The notes: a model not told the origin generated them from the letters alone. A DNA stretch of 64,000 nt from an uncultured Clostridia bacterium (GCA_944386165.1 CALXAA010000005.1:3328-67327); one strand, 5' to 3'. Shown: positions 1 through 10,914, numbered from the stretch's first letter. Numbers and translations: made by a program.

Positions 1-225
1 ACTTATACCAAGTGGTTTATCACATTTTTGTTATTCTGTGCTTTCTCTGTATTATTTTAACTTTTACAGAGGTCTAAAAAACTTGTTTTTCTATGCTTTT
101 ATGAGATACACTCTGTATCTCTTTCCTGCCTTTTAGTTTACTTTTTATACATCTTTATTGTTTTCCATATTTAATAAATTTAATATTATATAATTTTATT
201 AGCTTCATATTTATATATGCTATTA

Positions 226-543
226 TTATCTTTCTAAATCCTCACCAGTTTCTTTGACTCTTTCCTTTACTTTTTCTCTAACACAATCTTGAATTGAGGC
301 CAATAGTAAAGTAATTTCTGTTTCAACTCTTTCCAAATCTTCTTCTTTTACTCTACCCAATTCAATATCACTTATTCTCTTTATAGCTGCTAATGATAAT
401 TCTTTTGATCCATATCTATTCAATTCTTCTACAAATGTTTTATATTTATCATCTTTCATTAGTTCTTTTAAATATTCTTTTTCTGCATCTAAAAATGTAT
501 CTCTTAAAAATGCTATATTTCCATTAATATTATTTCCTTCCAT
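226..543 (-). CDS. hypothetical protein (105 aa, acidic, helical-looking; no family recognised)
   Basis: Intact ORF with AAGGAGGAG Shine-Dalgarno 5 nt upstream of the ATG. TTGACA(756-761)-17-TACAAT(733-738) promoter on the minus strand, about 190 nt upstream. Confidence 0.5.
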   Translation of the reverse strand: MEGNNINGNIAFLRDTFLDAEKEYLKELMKDDKYKTFVEELNRYGSKELSLAAIKRISDIELGRVKEEDLERVETEITLLLASIQDCVREKVKERVKETGEDLER

Positions 544-777
544 TAGTTCTCCTCCTTGTAAAATTATTTATATATTTATTTTAGCATAAAACTATATAAA
601 AAAGAAAACCTTTGTTATCTTAATTTTATGACTTTTAGTTCGTTTAATATTATTTTTACTTTTTCCCTCATAACAAATAAACTGCTCGAATGCTATAAAT
701 TCAGACATTGTTTTGAATTTTTAAGAAATATCATTGTACAAACTTTCACATAGCTTGTCAACTAATACACATAATAT

Positions 778-1524
778 TTACCAATCTATCTCTTTTGGAT
801 ACTCTGTTCCATCTATTATTATATTATCCATATCGCATTGATTTTCTTCAGCATATTCTATTAATTCTTGTTCTAAATCTATATATTCTTGGTATTCCCA
901 ATATTTAATTACTCTTTTTGTAGTATTTACTAGTCCCTTTAGTCTATCTTCTTTATTTTTAGCTAAATATCTACAATCTATTAATTCAAGATATTGATGA
1001 ACTAATCTATTAGTTCCAAATTCTCTCTCATAAAATAGCTTTAAAAAAATTTTTTTATTCTTTTCAGATAAATGTTGTACTATAGATTTTATAACTTTAG
1101 ATTGAAATTCTTGTACGATATTTACCGCTTCATCATATACTACTTTTGTATAGTATGAACTTTTATATTTCTTGTATTTGTAATTATCTATAAATATATT
1201 CAATGCATATACAACAAATATTGCCTGTGTTAAAATATATTTAAATTTATAATACACATTATTAATAGGTGTTATAATTGAATGCCATTTCATAATTTCA
1301 TCATTCATATTATTTTCAACTAATTCTATTTCTCTATTGCCTTGTTTGGCATGTCTCAAATCATAACAAAAAGCTAATATTTGAATTCTCAATTTTTCTA
1401 GTGTAGGATAATCTTCTTCATCACCAATTATTTCGAAAATTGAATCATATAATTGTTCAAAATCAGCATAATCTCCTTTTACTTCAATACCACCATAATT
1501 TTCGGTAACTTTTATATCTAACAT
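778..1524 (-). CDS. hypothetical protein (248 aa, no family recognised)
   Basis: Long intact ORF in the native AT-rich codon style. Sits next to RhuM genes in an accessory-looking block. Confidence 0.55.
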   Translation of the reverse strand: MLDIKVTENYGGIEVKGDYADFEQLYDSIFEIIGDEEDYPTLEKLRIQILAFCYDLRHAKQGNREIELVENNMNDEIMKWHSIITPINNVYYKFKYILTQAIFVVYALNIFIDNYKYKKYKSSYYTKVVYDEAVNIVQEFQSKVIKSIVQHLSEKNKKIFLKLFYEREFGTNRLVHQYLELIDCRYLAKNKEDRLKGLVNTTKRVIKYWEYQEYIDLEQELIEYAEENQCDMDNIIIDGTEYPKEIDW

Positions 1525-1726
1525 ATTTTCTCCTATAACATATAAATTTCTATGATTATTCTAACATAAATTTCTAAAAAAAAGAAGTGCTATTAAATAT
1601 TTTTAGGTTAGGTCTTATTTAATTATTTATCTAACATTTTTTGTTTGAACGATTTTGCTAACCTCAGCAAAATCATCATCAATAATTCTTTTTCTATTCC
1701 AATATGCTAATTTTCACTACTTTCTA

Positions 1727-2109
1727 TTAATTTATCAAAATCAGATTTGTTGCCCATCTTCTAAATTGAATTGCTCTATCTGTATTTACTCTATAGCCAA
1801 CAGATATTACTGCATCTAAATTGTAATACTTTACTTTACTTTTCTTTTTACTTCTCTGTTTCCCTCTTTTTGAACTAGTAAGAAATCCTTACTAGTTGAA
1901 TTTTCATCAAGTTCATTACTACTATATATCTCTTGAAGATGCATAGTTATATTATTTCTTGTAGTATTAAATAATTCTCCCAATGCCTTTTGTGTAAGCC
2001 ATAAATCTCCATCTTCGAATCTTACTTCAATTTCTTTTTCTCTTTTTTGTTGTTCAAATATTAAGAATTCTGCTGAACTACTTCTTATATATAAATCTTT
2101 ACCATTCAT
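1727..2109 (-). pseudogene. RhuM-family gene remnant (frameshifted and 3' truncated paralog of the adjacent gene)
   Basis: The 92-aa ORF (LWLTQKALGELF..NELDENSTSKDFLLVQKEGNREV) aligns with the N-terminus of the neighbouring 347-aa RhuM protein. After its stop, another frame reads KYYNLDAVISVGYRVNTDRAIQFRRWATNL, matching ISYYNLDMIISIGFRVNSKPAIKFRTWANK of the intact copy, then terminates. Confidence 0.7.
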
Positions 2110-2112
2110 TTT

Positions 2113-3156
2113 TTATTCACCTCTATTCTCTTTTAAATATTTATTTAGCATTTGATCCATACTCGAAATATATTCTTTATCTTGTTTAATTCTAAATTTT
2201 TCATATTCTTCATTTGCTTTTTGGGTTGCCTGTTTATGTGATATTTTTCCTGCATCTTTTAAAATATTTTTCTTTCTATATTTTAATAAATCATCTGCAA
2301 CTTCTATCCATTTATTCATTGTCATAGTTTTCTGCTCTTTTGCTTCTGCTTCTGCTACATCTAAAAACAAATTAGTTAAATCATTTAGTTTTTCTAGTTC
2401 ATCTTTTTGTAAATAATTCTTAGCAATACCTACATCATATTTATAAATTAGTCCATCTGGTGAGTTTTTCCATGAAGTTAGTCCCATATGAGCTTTCTTT
2501 GAATCTACTCTTTCAAAAATTAATTCGGCAGCAGTTTTTCCTGTTATTGCATAATGTAACTTGTTTTGTACAATTTTAAAAAAAGTATATGCTTCTTCTG
2601 AATCTTTATTATAATCAACTGCTGTTGCTATAAATAAATCCATAATTTTTTGGTAAGACATTCTTTCGCTTACTCTAATAGTTTTTATGCGTTCTAATAA
2701 TTCATCAAAATATCTAGTATCAAATTTATTACCATTGATAAATCTGTCATCATTTAATGCAAAACCTTTAATCATATATTCTTTGATAATCTTATTTGCC
2801 CATGTTCTAAATTTAATAGCTGGTTTTGAATTTACTCTAAATCCTATTGATATTATCATATCTAGATTATAATAAGAAATATTTCTTGTAACACTTCTGT
2901 TACCTTCTTTTTGAACTTGTGCAATTTTTGCACAAGTTGAGTTTTCTTCTAATTCTTCATCTTTATAAATATTATTTATATGCCTTGTTATACCAGTTCT
3001 ATCAATTTTAAATAATTTCGTTAAAGAATCAATGTTGAGCCAAACATTTTCATTTTGTAAAATGACTTCAACATTAACATTATTTTCTTCATCAGTATAA
3101 AATACAATATTATTTTCATTTCCAATTAAATTATCATCAATTGTATTATTATTCAA
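2113..3156 (-). CDS. RhuM-family protein (virulence/Fic-associated family, function unknown)
   Basis: Recalled family resemblance over the full length (YYNLDMIISIGFRVNS..AIKFRTWA, LHYAITGKTAAELI). TTGACA-17-TAATAT promoter upstream on the minus strand. Confidence 0.75.
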   Translation of the reverse strand: MNNNTIDDNLIGNENNIVFYTDEENNVNVEVILQNENVWLNIDSLTKLFKIDRTGITRHINNIYKDEELEENSTCAKIAQVQKEGNRSVTRNISYYNLDMIISIGFRVNSKPAIKFRTWANKIIKEYMIKGFALNDDRFINGNKFDTRYFDELLERIKTIRVSERMSYQKIMDLFIATAVDYNKDSEEAYTFFKIVQNKLHYAITGKTAAELIFERVDSKKAHMGLTSWKNSPDGLIYKYDVGIAKNYLQKDELEKLNDLTNLFLDVAEAEAKEQKTMTMNKWIEVADDLLKYRKKNILKDAGKISHKQATQKANEEYEKFRIKQDKEYISSMDQMLNKYLKENRGE

Positions 3157-3388
3157 ATAAAATTCCTCCTTTTATTGAAATTTTTAATAGTTAAAATTAT
3201 CTCATTTTTTGTTACATATTATCAAACTTTTGTTCTTTTGTCAATCAATTTGCACCCACTTATTGGAAATTTTTTCTATTAAAATACGCATTAGCATTTA
3301 TACTAGCTAATACTTATAATTTTACCTCTAAAAACACAAATTTTAATTATCTCCTATTACAATTTTTTATATGTTCAACTGTATGTAT

Positions 3389-3655
3389 TCAGTCATGACT
3401 TTGATTTCCATGCCCTCCTTCATAAGGTCTTTTAAATGCAAATCCAACATATATTGGAGCACCATATATATATCTTTGACTATTCCAAGCTTGCATAGTT
3501 CTTTTGTCTGTCCATAATATATTACTTTTGCTAGAACCTCTAAATTCCCTGACTCTTAATGTTCCGTTTGTATTGTAAGGCATAGATTCATTTTCTCCTC
3601 TGTAATATGTTTCCATTCTATTTGTATCTTGATTATAAACTAAAATTTTTGCCAT
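3389..3655 (-). CDS. small hypothetical protein (88 aa), possibly a truncated M15A-like peptidase fragment
   Basis: Start moved to the MAKILV ATG at 3655, behind a GGTGGAGG SD. The C-terminus (PIYVGFAFKRPYEGGHGNQSHD-stop) resembles the SGYR..GG..SxH part of peptidase M15A but ends before the metal-binding HxxGxAxD continuation. Confidence 0.4.
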   Translation of the reverse strand: MAKILVYNQDTNRMETYYRGENESMPYNTNGTLRVREFRGSSKSNILWTDKRTMQAWNSQRYIYGAPIYVGFAFKRPYEGGHGNQSHD

Positions 3656-3717
3656 AGATACCTCCACCTTTTTCTTATATAATATGAAATTTTTTGAAAT
3701 TGGTGAATTATGTCATA

Positions 3718-3750
3718 AAAATACTTAAGACTTTTGGCCTTAAGTATTTT
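3718..3750. terminator. bidirectional rho-independent terminator
   Basis: Perfect 12-bp stem AAAATACTTAAG / CTTAAGTATTTT with a 9-nt loop. The A-run and T-run are built into the arms. Lies downstream of the sortase gene. Confidence 0.65.
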
Positions 3751-3788
3751 GGTTCTATAAAAATGCTCTCATAATTAATAATTTTGTT

Positions 3789-4529
3789 TTATTTTTTTTC
3801 TTTACATCTTACTACAACTCTTTCTTTACTATCATCAGTACAAGTAATTAAAGTAACTTCTCTTCCTTCTACTTCTTGGGTTGTATCTGCAACATTTTTT
3901 GGATCTACTGTATGAATATCGTAAACCTCATATTCAACAGTTCTTTCACTCAAATCTGTTATTTGGACTATGTCACCTATTTCAAGTGTTGGAACTTTAC
4001 TGAAGAATCTTTTATTTCTCCAATTGTGTCCAATTAAACATAAATTACCATTTTCATTTGGTTCTCCTCCATGGAATCTACAAATAGATATTTTTAGTAA
4101 ATCATATGTCCAATGGTCAAATATTGCGTAATCAACATTTATTTTAGGTATAACAATTCTTCCAATATAATTATATTGTGTTCCATCTGGTGCAGTATAT
4201 GTTGATGTTTTTTGAACATTTTGTGTTTCTTCTTCTGTTGTGTCTTCTTCATTTTGATATTGTTCTATATTTTCTGCAAATTCCTCTGTTATTTTAACAA
4301 TTAATGCATTTTCTTCTTGACTAATAACTGTTTTATCTTCAAACATAGATTCTACAATATTTTTTGATATTTCTGATTCTTTGTTTCTGTCATATGCAGC
4401 ATATATATACATTGATGTTAAACAAATTAAGCAGAATAATGATATCATAAATAGAACTTTGTATATTTTTTTCTTTCTCTTTAGTTCTGGAGTTACATAT
4501 ACTTTCTCAGTTACTAATATTTGATTCAT
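3789..4529 (-). CDS. sortase-family transpeptidase (membrane anchored)
   Basis: N-terminal TM helix, catalytic His context LIGHNW, TLITC catalytic Cys motif, and a downstream Arg (VVVRC). Confidence 0.8.
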   Translation of the reverse strand: MNQILVTEKVYVTPELKRKKKIYKVLFMISLFCLICLTSMYIYAAYDRNKESEISKNIVESMFEDKTVISQEENALIVKITEEFAENIEQYQNEEDTTEEETQNVQKTSTYTAPDGTQYNYIGRIVIPKINVDYAIFDHWTYDLLKISICRFHGGEPNENGNLCLIGHNWRNKRFFSKVPTLEIGDIVQITDLSERTVEYEVYDIHTVDPKNVADTTQEVEGREVTLITCTDDSKERVVVRCKEKK

Positions 4530-4554
4530 TTGACACTTCCTTTCATTTTTAATA

Positions 4555-6366
4555 TTAAGAATTTATTTGAGTAATTGTTATTGTTTCAAGAATTCCATTT
4601 GTTTCATTAAATGTCATTGAAACCTCATATTTTTTTTGTTCATCAATTCTTTCTATTATACTATTGGCTAATTCAACATTTGCACTGCCTAATTTAATAT
4701 TTAATGTTATTTTTTCTTTGTTGTTTTCTCCTTCTATTGGCTCTATATTAACACTTTCTAAATAGTCTTTTGAAAGCTCTACCATTTGTTTTACATTTGA
4801 CCCAGATATTCCCGTTCCTGAGTAGAATTGAAACATTGCATTAAATCTATTAATTTCAGTCTTTGTTAAGTCATCTGCTTCTGAAGATGGTGTTTCTTCT
4901 CCTGTTAAATTATCGCCACTTTCTTGTGGCTGTTCTTCTTCAACAACTTCTGCTCCAAATATTATATTGTATTTATTTTTAATTTCATTAATTAATTCTG
5001 TTGCTTGTAATTTTTGTATTAATAATTCATATCTTCCTTTTAGTTTTTCTGGTACTTGAACATTTAATATATTTAAAGTTGCACTTAAACTTTCTTCTGA
5101 CAGTTCATTTAAAATAACATTATTTTCTGAAGTTAATTCAATTTTTTCTTCAATACTTGTACTTATATTGTTTTCTAATGATATTGTAATTTCTGTAATA
5201 CCCTTCTTATATCCAAAAGATAAGTTTGTTCTTGCAAAGTCACTATCTAATGTTGCATTTATTTCATATTCTTCTTCACCATTTGCCACATTAAAGGTTA
5301 TTGCATAATTTTCTTTAGTATCTGTTAATTGTTTTGAAATATTTAATGTTTTTGAGTTATTTTCTGAATTTAAACTAGTATATTCAAATGTTATATTACC
5401 ATTTCCATTTTGTATAGAAATATCCATTATAACATTAAAATCTTCTGATTGCATTTCTGTTCTTTGTGTAACTCCACCTTTTTCATAAACAACTATTTTA
5501 ACTGCTTTGAAGTCTTTATCTTCTACTTGTCTTATTTTGCTATCAATTGTATTAACATAATTTTCAGAACTTCCTGATATAGCTTCTATTTTTCCAATAA
5601 TAATATCATCTATTTTTAAGTTATTTAAAATTTCAATTATTAAATTTTGAAATTGATATCCTGTTAAATCAACACTATATGCGGTAGTTTGTATACTTTG
5701 TGAACCCACAGTTATAGTAGATTTTGATTGTTTTGAAAAACTTCCTTGGCTTAATATCTGTGATATAACTGTTATATATTTACTTTCTAGACTTTGTAAT
5801 TCTTGCTTAGAAAATATCATATCTTGAAAATAAGTAGAATCATCTACAATTATTGCATTAAGGGCTTCAAGTTTTTCATCTTCTATTTCTAGACCATCAA
5901 TTTTTTGACCATTTTCTAAACTTACAAATTGTTTAAGCAAATTTGAAAATCTAATTCCATAGTTTCCACTATTTTGTATCCCTTCAATTTGTACTGCACT
6001 TTGTTCTTCAAATATTATATTGAAATCTTTATAATTGTAATCTGTGTCTTTTTGATTTTTTAATGTCATACTTAAATTATTATATGGACTTGATATTTCT
6101 CCACCTTCTGCATATTTTATATTTGCTGTAGTATTTTCTTCATAGGTTTGTCCATTCTTTAAATTATTATAATTTTCTAAAGTTTTTGAATTGGCTATTT
6201 CTTTTATTGTTTCTACATTTTGTGTTAAGTAATTAAAGAATAATTCTTTTTCACTTTTAAATGTGTCTGTAGCTAAAAACAAGTATGCAAATACTCCTCC
6301 ACATATTCCTATAATTAATATAATTAATATTATAATTATTGCTACTTTTTTACTTACACTTCTCAT
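4555..6366 (-). CDS. N-terminally membrane-anchored extracytoplasmic protein, function unknown (603 aa)
   Basis: Single N-terminal TM (IIIILIILIIGICGGVFAYLFL) followed by a long polar domain. No LPXTG sorting signal at the C-terminus. Confidence 0.6.
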   Translation of the reverse strand: MRSVSKKVAIIIILIILIIGICGGVFAYLFLATDTFKSEKELFFNYLTQNVETIKEIANSKTLENYNNLKNGQTYEENTTANIKYAEGGEISSPYNNLSMTLKNQKDTDYNYKDFNIIFEEQSAVQIEGIQNSGNYGIRFSNLLKQFVSLENGQKIDGLEIEDEKLEALNAIIVDDSTYFQDMIFSKQELQSLESKYITVISQILSQGSFSKQSKSTITVGSQSIQTTAYSVDLTGYQFQNLIIEILNNLKIDDIIIGKIEAISGSSENYVNTIDSKIRQVEDKDFKAVKIVVYEKGGVTQRTEMQSEDFNVIMDISIQNGNGNITFEYTSLNSENNSKTLNISKQLTDTKENYAITFNVANGEEEYEINATLDSDFARTNLSFGYKKGITEITISLENNISTSIEEKIELTSENNVILNELSEESLSATLNILNVQVPEKLKGRYELLIQKLQATELINEIKNKYNIIFGAEVVEEEQPQESGDNLTGEETPSSEADDLTKTEINRFNAMFQFYSGTGISGSNVKQMVELSKDYLESVNIEPIEGENNKEKITLNIKLGSANVELANSIIERIDEQKKYEVSMTFNETNGILETITITQINS

Positions 6367-6371
6367 ATAAA

Positions 6372-7235
6372 TTAATCCTTTCTAATTCTTTGTTTTACAG
6401 CTTCATATACTACTATTCCCGTTGATACTGCTGCATTTAAAGAACCTATTTTTCCTTTCATTGGTATCTTAACAAGAAAATCACAATTTTTCTTTACTTT
6501 ATCTCCTATTCCTTTTCCTTCATTTCCTATAACTATTGCTAATGGTCCTGTTAAATCTTGATTATAATAATATTTGTCTGTATCAATTGCTGTTCCACAT
6601 ATCCATAAACCAGCTTGTTTTAATTTTTCTATTGCATCAGATATGTTTGTTACTCTTGCAATTTTCATATATTCTACAGCTCCTGCTGATGCTTTATTTA
6701 CTGTACTATTTACAGATGCAGCTCTTCTTTTTGGAATAATAATTCCATGAACACCTGCTGTTTCTGCTGTTCTTATTATTGATCCTAAATTTCCTGGATC
6801 TTCTATTCCATCTAAAATTAGAACAAATGGCTCTTCTTGTTTTTGCTTTGCATATTCTAATATGTCTTCTATTTCTACATATTCATATGGTGGTACAATA
6901 GCAATAACTCCTTGATAATTTTCTTCTTGTGCTATTTCATCCATTTGTCTTTTATCTTTTTCAACAACTATTATTTTTCTTTCTTTTGCAATTGCTAAAA
7001 TTTTATTTATTGAACCATGTTTTTCTCCTCGTGTAACAAATATTTTATTAATATCTCTTCCACTTTCTAATAGTTCTAAAACTGAATTTCTGCCTTCAAT
7101 TTGGTCATCAAATTTTTTTTCTTCTATTTTATCTTCACTTCTTCTGCCTTCCTGTCTTCTGTCAAATTTTCTTCTATCATCATTTTGTCTTCTTTCTTTT
7201 TTTCTTCTATCTTGTCCACTTCTTCTTTCATTCAT
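6372..7235 (-). CDS. rlmB: TrmH/SpoU-family 23S rRNA 2'-O-methyltransferase (RlmB-like) with an Arg/Asp-rich N-terminal extension
   Basis: SpoU-type core (NLGSIIRTAE, IVIGNEGKGI, IPMKGKIGSLNAAVS), preceded by about 50 aa of DRR/ERR repeats. Confidence 0.85.
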   Translation of the reverse strand: MNERRSGQDRRKKERRQNDDRRKFDRRQEGRRSEDKIEEKKFDDQIEGRNSVLELLESGRDINKIFVTRGEKHGSINKILAIAKERKIIVVEKDKRQMDEIAQEENYQGVIAIVPPYEYVEIEDILEYAKQKQEEPFVLILDGIEDPGNLGSIIRTAETAGVHGIIIPKRRAASVNSTVNKASAGAVEYMKIARVTNISDAIEKLKQAGLWICGTAIDTDKYYYNQDLTGPLAIVIGNEGKGIGDKVKKNCDFLVKIPMKGKIGSLNAAVSTGIVVYEAVKQRIRKD

Positions 7236-7258
7236 ATTAATATTTTCTCCTCCATTGG

Positions 7259-9064
7259 TTATTCATCATCTAGTTTTAAAACTGATAAAAATGCTTCTTG
7301 TGGCATTTCAACACTTCCTATTTGTCTCATTCTTTTTTTACCACGTTTTTGTTTTTCAAGTAATTTCTTTTTCCTTGTTATGTCTCCTCCATAACATTTT
7401 GCTAGTACATCTTTTCTCATTGCTGAAATTGTTTCTCTTGCAATGATTGTTCCTCCAACAACTGCTTGTAAAGGTATTGCAAATAAATGTCTTGGAATAA
7501 CTTCTTTTAGTTTTTCTACCATCTTTTTTCCTCTTTCATATGCATTTTCTTTGCATACTATAAAAGATAGTGCATCAACTGGTTCTCCATTTACATGTAT
7601 ATCTAGTTTTACTAGATTAGATTTTCTATATTCTTTGAATTCATAATCAAAAGATGCATATCCTTTTGTTCTTGATTTAAGACTGTCAAAAAAGTCATAT
7701 ATTATTTCGTTTAAAGGCATGTCATAAATTAGTGTTACTCTGTTTTCATCTAAATATTTCATGTCAATAAATGTGCCTCTTCTATTTTGGCATATGTCCA
7801 TTATATTTCCAACATATTCTTTTGGTGTAAATATGCTTGCAGTTACTATAGGTTCTTCCATATATAATATTTCTGTTTGTGGTGGTAAGTCTGTAGGATT
7901 ATAAACATCAAGTACTTCTCCTGTTGTTTTATGTACTTTGTATATTACTGATGGGGCAGTTGTTATTAGTCCTAAGTCAAATTCTCTGTCTAGTCTTTCT
8001 TCAATTATTTCTAAATGAAGTAGTCCTAAAAAACCACATCTAAATCCAAATCCTAATGCTGCAGATGTTTCTGGTTCATATTCTAATGCTGCATCATTTA
8101 ATTTTAATTTTTCTAATGCTATTTTTAGATTTTCATATTCACTTCCATCTACTGGGTATAGTCCACAATATACCATTGGTGTTACCTTTTTATATCCTGG
8201 AAGAGGTTTATCTGCTGGATTGTTTTTTAATGTGATTGTATCTCCTACATGAATATCTGTTAGACTTTTTATACTTGCTGCTATATATCCAACTTCTCCT
8301 GCTTTTATTTCTTTTGTTGGCATGTATTGTCCTGGGGCAAAATATCCCACCTCAGCTACTGTAAAAGATTTTTTTGTTGCCATTAATGTAATTTCATCTC
8401 CAACTTTAATTGTTCCGTCAACTACTCTTACATATGCAACAGCACCTTTATAATTATCATAATAAGAGTCAAATATTAAGCATTTTGCTTTAGCATTTTC
8501 ATCACCTTTTGGTGCAGGTAAATCTGTTACAATTCTTTCTAATACTTCATCTACATTTAATCCTGATTTTGCTGAAATACATGGTGCATCCATTGCAGGA
8601 ATTCCAATTATGTCTTCTATTTCTTTTTTTACTTCTTCTGGTCTTGCATTTGGTAAATCAATTTTATTTATTACTGGAAGTATTTCTAAATTATTATCTA
8701 TTGCTAAATATACATTTGCAAGTGTTTGAGCTTCAACTCCTTGACTTGCATCTACTACAAGTATTGCTCCATCACATGCTGCTAAACTTCTTGAAACTTC
8801 ATAATTAAAATCTACATGCCCTGGTGTGTCTATTAAATTAAATATATATTCTTCTCCATCTTTTGCTTTGTATTTCATTCTTACTGCTTGAGATTTTATT
8901 GTTATACCTCTTTCTCGTTCAATATCCATGTTGTCTAATACTTGCTCTTCCATTTCTCTTTGTGTTAAAACTCCTGTTTTTTCGATTAGTCTATCTGCAA
9001 GTGTTGACTTTCCATGATCTATGTGTGCTATTATACTAAAGTTTCTAATTCTTTCTTGACTCAT
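7259..9064 (-). CDS. lepA: translation elongation factor 4 (LepA)
   Basis: GTPase motifs [22 protein letters not shown] and the LepA-specific C-terminal domain. Start set at MSQERIRNF behind an AGGAGGA SD. Confidence 0.95.
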   Translation of the reverse strand: MSQERIRNFSIIAHIDHGKSTLADRLIEKTGVLTQREMEEQVLDNMDIERERGITIKSQAVRMKYKAKDGEEYIFNLIDTPGHVDFNYEVSRSLAACDGAILVVDASQGVEAQTLANVYLAIDNNLEILPVINKIDLPNARPEEVKKEIEDIIGIPAMDAPCISAKSGLNVDEVLERIVTDLPAPKGDENAKAKCLIFDSYYDNYKGAVAYVRVVDGTIKVGDEITLMATKKSFTVAEVGYFAPGQYMPTKEIKAGEVGYIAASIKSLTDIHVGDTITLKNNPADKPLPGYKKVTPMVYCGLYPVDGSEYENLKIALEKLKLNDAALEYEPETSAALGFGFRCGFLGLLHLEIIEERLDREFDLGLITTAPSVIYKVHKTTGEVLDVYNPTDLPPQTEILYMEEPIVTASIFTPKEYVGNIMDICQNRRGTFIDMKYLDENRVTLIYDMPLNEIIYDFFDSLKSRTKGYASFDYEFKEYRKSNLVKLDIHVNGEPVDALSFIVCKENAYERGKKMVEKLKEVIPRHLFAIPLQAVVGGTIIARETISAMRKDVLAKCYGGDITRKKKLLEKQKRGKKRMRQIGSVEMPQEAFLSVLKLDDE

Positions 9065-9173
9065 CTTTCCTCCTAGCATTTTCATATTTCTTAGCTATTT
9101 TATTATAACATGTTTATTATAAAATTTCACTATTTTTAATAAAAAAAAGAGAGAATTTTTTATTTCTCCCCTT

Positions 9174-10121
9174 TTATTTCACAACTGTTACTGGTAGATA
9201 TTTTACTCCCCACGCTAAAGCTTCTGCATGTGAATTCATATAAATATCTATTCTATTTCCTTGAATAGCTCCACCTCTGTCTTCTACAACATATGTGTAA
9301 CCACCAATATCAAGTTTCGTTCCAAATGAAAATTGTGCTGATGTAGCAATTGTTCTTCCTGCAGTTGCTTTTGTTCCAGATGCTGTTATTCCATTTGTTT
9401 TGCCACAACATTTAGCACAAGAACAATATGCTGTTACTTTAAATATTTTTGTTTCTCCAACTTTTATACCAGTTGTTGCTGTTCTATCTGTTCCTCTTGA
9501 TGTTGTTACAATATTTTTTTGAACTTGTACAATTCTATCAACAGGTTCTTTTAAAATATTTTCAGAAATAACTGTTCTTTCAATTTCTTCATCATTTTGA
9601 TATTTGATTTTATATGTTATTTCTTTTAATCCGTCTTGACCTTGTTGAATAACTTTATTTTTTGTGTCTGTTGCTCCTTGAGCTGCATCTTTTGTAATTG
9701 TCTCAAATGGTATAATTTCTTGTTCTACAACTATCTTTTCTATTATTGGTGAGTAGCTTTTTAATATTTCATCTAATGTAGTTTCTATTCCACTTTCTGA
9801 GATTTTTGCTATTTGTACTTCTTGTACTGATTTGTCTGTAATTAAAATTTGGTTACTTTCATTTATATTTTCTTCTAAGTTTGGACTTACTTTTTCGTCT
9901 TCTTCTAAAATTATATTGTTGTCTTCTAAAATTTCTTCTACATTCGTTTTTGTTGTTATAACTGTCATTTGATAACCATTTGCTAATGTTATTTCTACAG
10001 TTCTAACATTTATATCTGAAGCCATTACTGTTATTCCTAATATGAAAATTATTATTAAGCTTACACCAATGATTTTCATTATTGAGATAGATGCTCTATC
10101 TTTTTTATTCATAAAAATCAT
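9174..10121 (-). CDS. YabE/RpfB-like cell-wall protein (N-terminal TM, G5-like region, C-terminal 3D domain)
   Basis: C-terminus VTAYCSCAKCCGKTNGITASG..VEDRGGAIQGNRIDIY is typical of a 3D domain. Start ambiguous (10121 or 10112) after an AGGAGG SD. Confidence 0.75.
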   Translation of the reverse strand: MIFMNKKDRASISIMKIIGVSLIIIFILGITVMASDINVRTVEITLANGYQMTVITTKTNVEEILEDNNIILEEDEKVSPNLEENINESNQILITDKSVQEVQIAKISESGIETTLDEILKSYSPIIEKIVVEQEIIPFETITKDAAQGATDTKNKVIQQGQDGLKEITYKIKYQNDEEIERTVISENILKEPVDRIVQVQKNIVTTSRGTDRTATTGIKVGETKIFKVTAYCSCAKCCGKTNGITASGTKATAGRTIATSAQFSFGTKLDIGGYTYVVEDRGGAIQGNRIDIYMNSHAEALAWGVKYLPVTVVK

Positions 10122-10359
10122 ATATCCTCCTTTTTGCGACAAAATTATTATACACATTTTTTATTTTTTTGTCAAATTTTTTGTTTTTGCCTTTCCATGT
10201 TCTACAACCCTTGCCATTACTTGGTATTTAATATATTATATGCTGCTTGTACAAAAAAATTACCAAAATTTTTTAAAACTTTTTTATTTTATAAAATTTT
10301 TATTGTAAAAAATAATAATATATGATAATATATATTCTGTAAGCAAGGAGGTAATTAAT

Positions 10360-10914
10360 ATGGTTTGGATTATTTTAGTTGTAGTTGTTCTAATTATTGT
10401 TGCCATAATAGGCATTTATAATGGATTAGTAACTGCAAGACAAAAAGTTGAAAACGCTTGGAGTCAAATTGATGTTCAGCTACAAAGAAGATTTGATTTA
10501 ATACCTAATTTTGTTGAAACAGTAAAAGGTTATATGACACATGAATCTGAAACTTTTGAAAAAATAGCTCAATTAAGAACATCTTGGGCAAATTCTTCTT
10601 CTGTTGGAGAAAAAGCTCAATTAGATGGTGAACTTTCTGGAGCTTTAAAAACAATTATGGCTGTTTCAGAAAATTATCCAGATTTAAAAGCAAATCAAAA
10701 TTTTGCAGATTTATCTGAAGAACTACGTAACACTGAAAATAAAATTTCTTTTTCAAGACAATTTTATAATGATAGTGTAACAATGTATAACACAAAATTA
10801 GAAGTTTTCCCTTCAAATATTATTGCTGGAATGTTTAACTTTAAACAAAAAGAACTATTCTCAGCAGAAAGTGATGAAGCAAGAAAAAATGTTAAAGTTG
10901 ATTTTAACAAATAA
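10360..10914 (+). CDS. lemA: LemA-family membrane protein
   Basis: N-terminal TM plus the LemA-like core (YNGLV..RQKVENAWSQIDVQLQRRFDLIPN, ENKISFSRQFYND). AAGGAGG SD. Confidence 0.9.
   Translation: MVWIILVVVVLIIVAIIGIYNGLVTARQKVENAWSQIDVQLQRRFDLIPNFVETVKGYMTHESETFEKIAQLRTSWANSSSVGEKAQLDGELSGALKTIMAVSENYPDLKANQNFADLSEELRNTENKISFSRQFYNDSVTMYNTKLEVFPSNIIAGMFNFKQKELFSAESDEARKNVKVDFNK

Noticed and set aside
4555-6366. 603-aa surface protein as the substrate of the adjacent sortase
   Set aside because: It has no LPXTG-like motif followed by a hydrophobic/charged tail at its C-terminus. It is anchored by an N-terminal TM helix instead.
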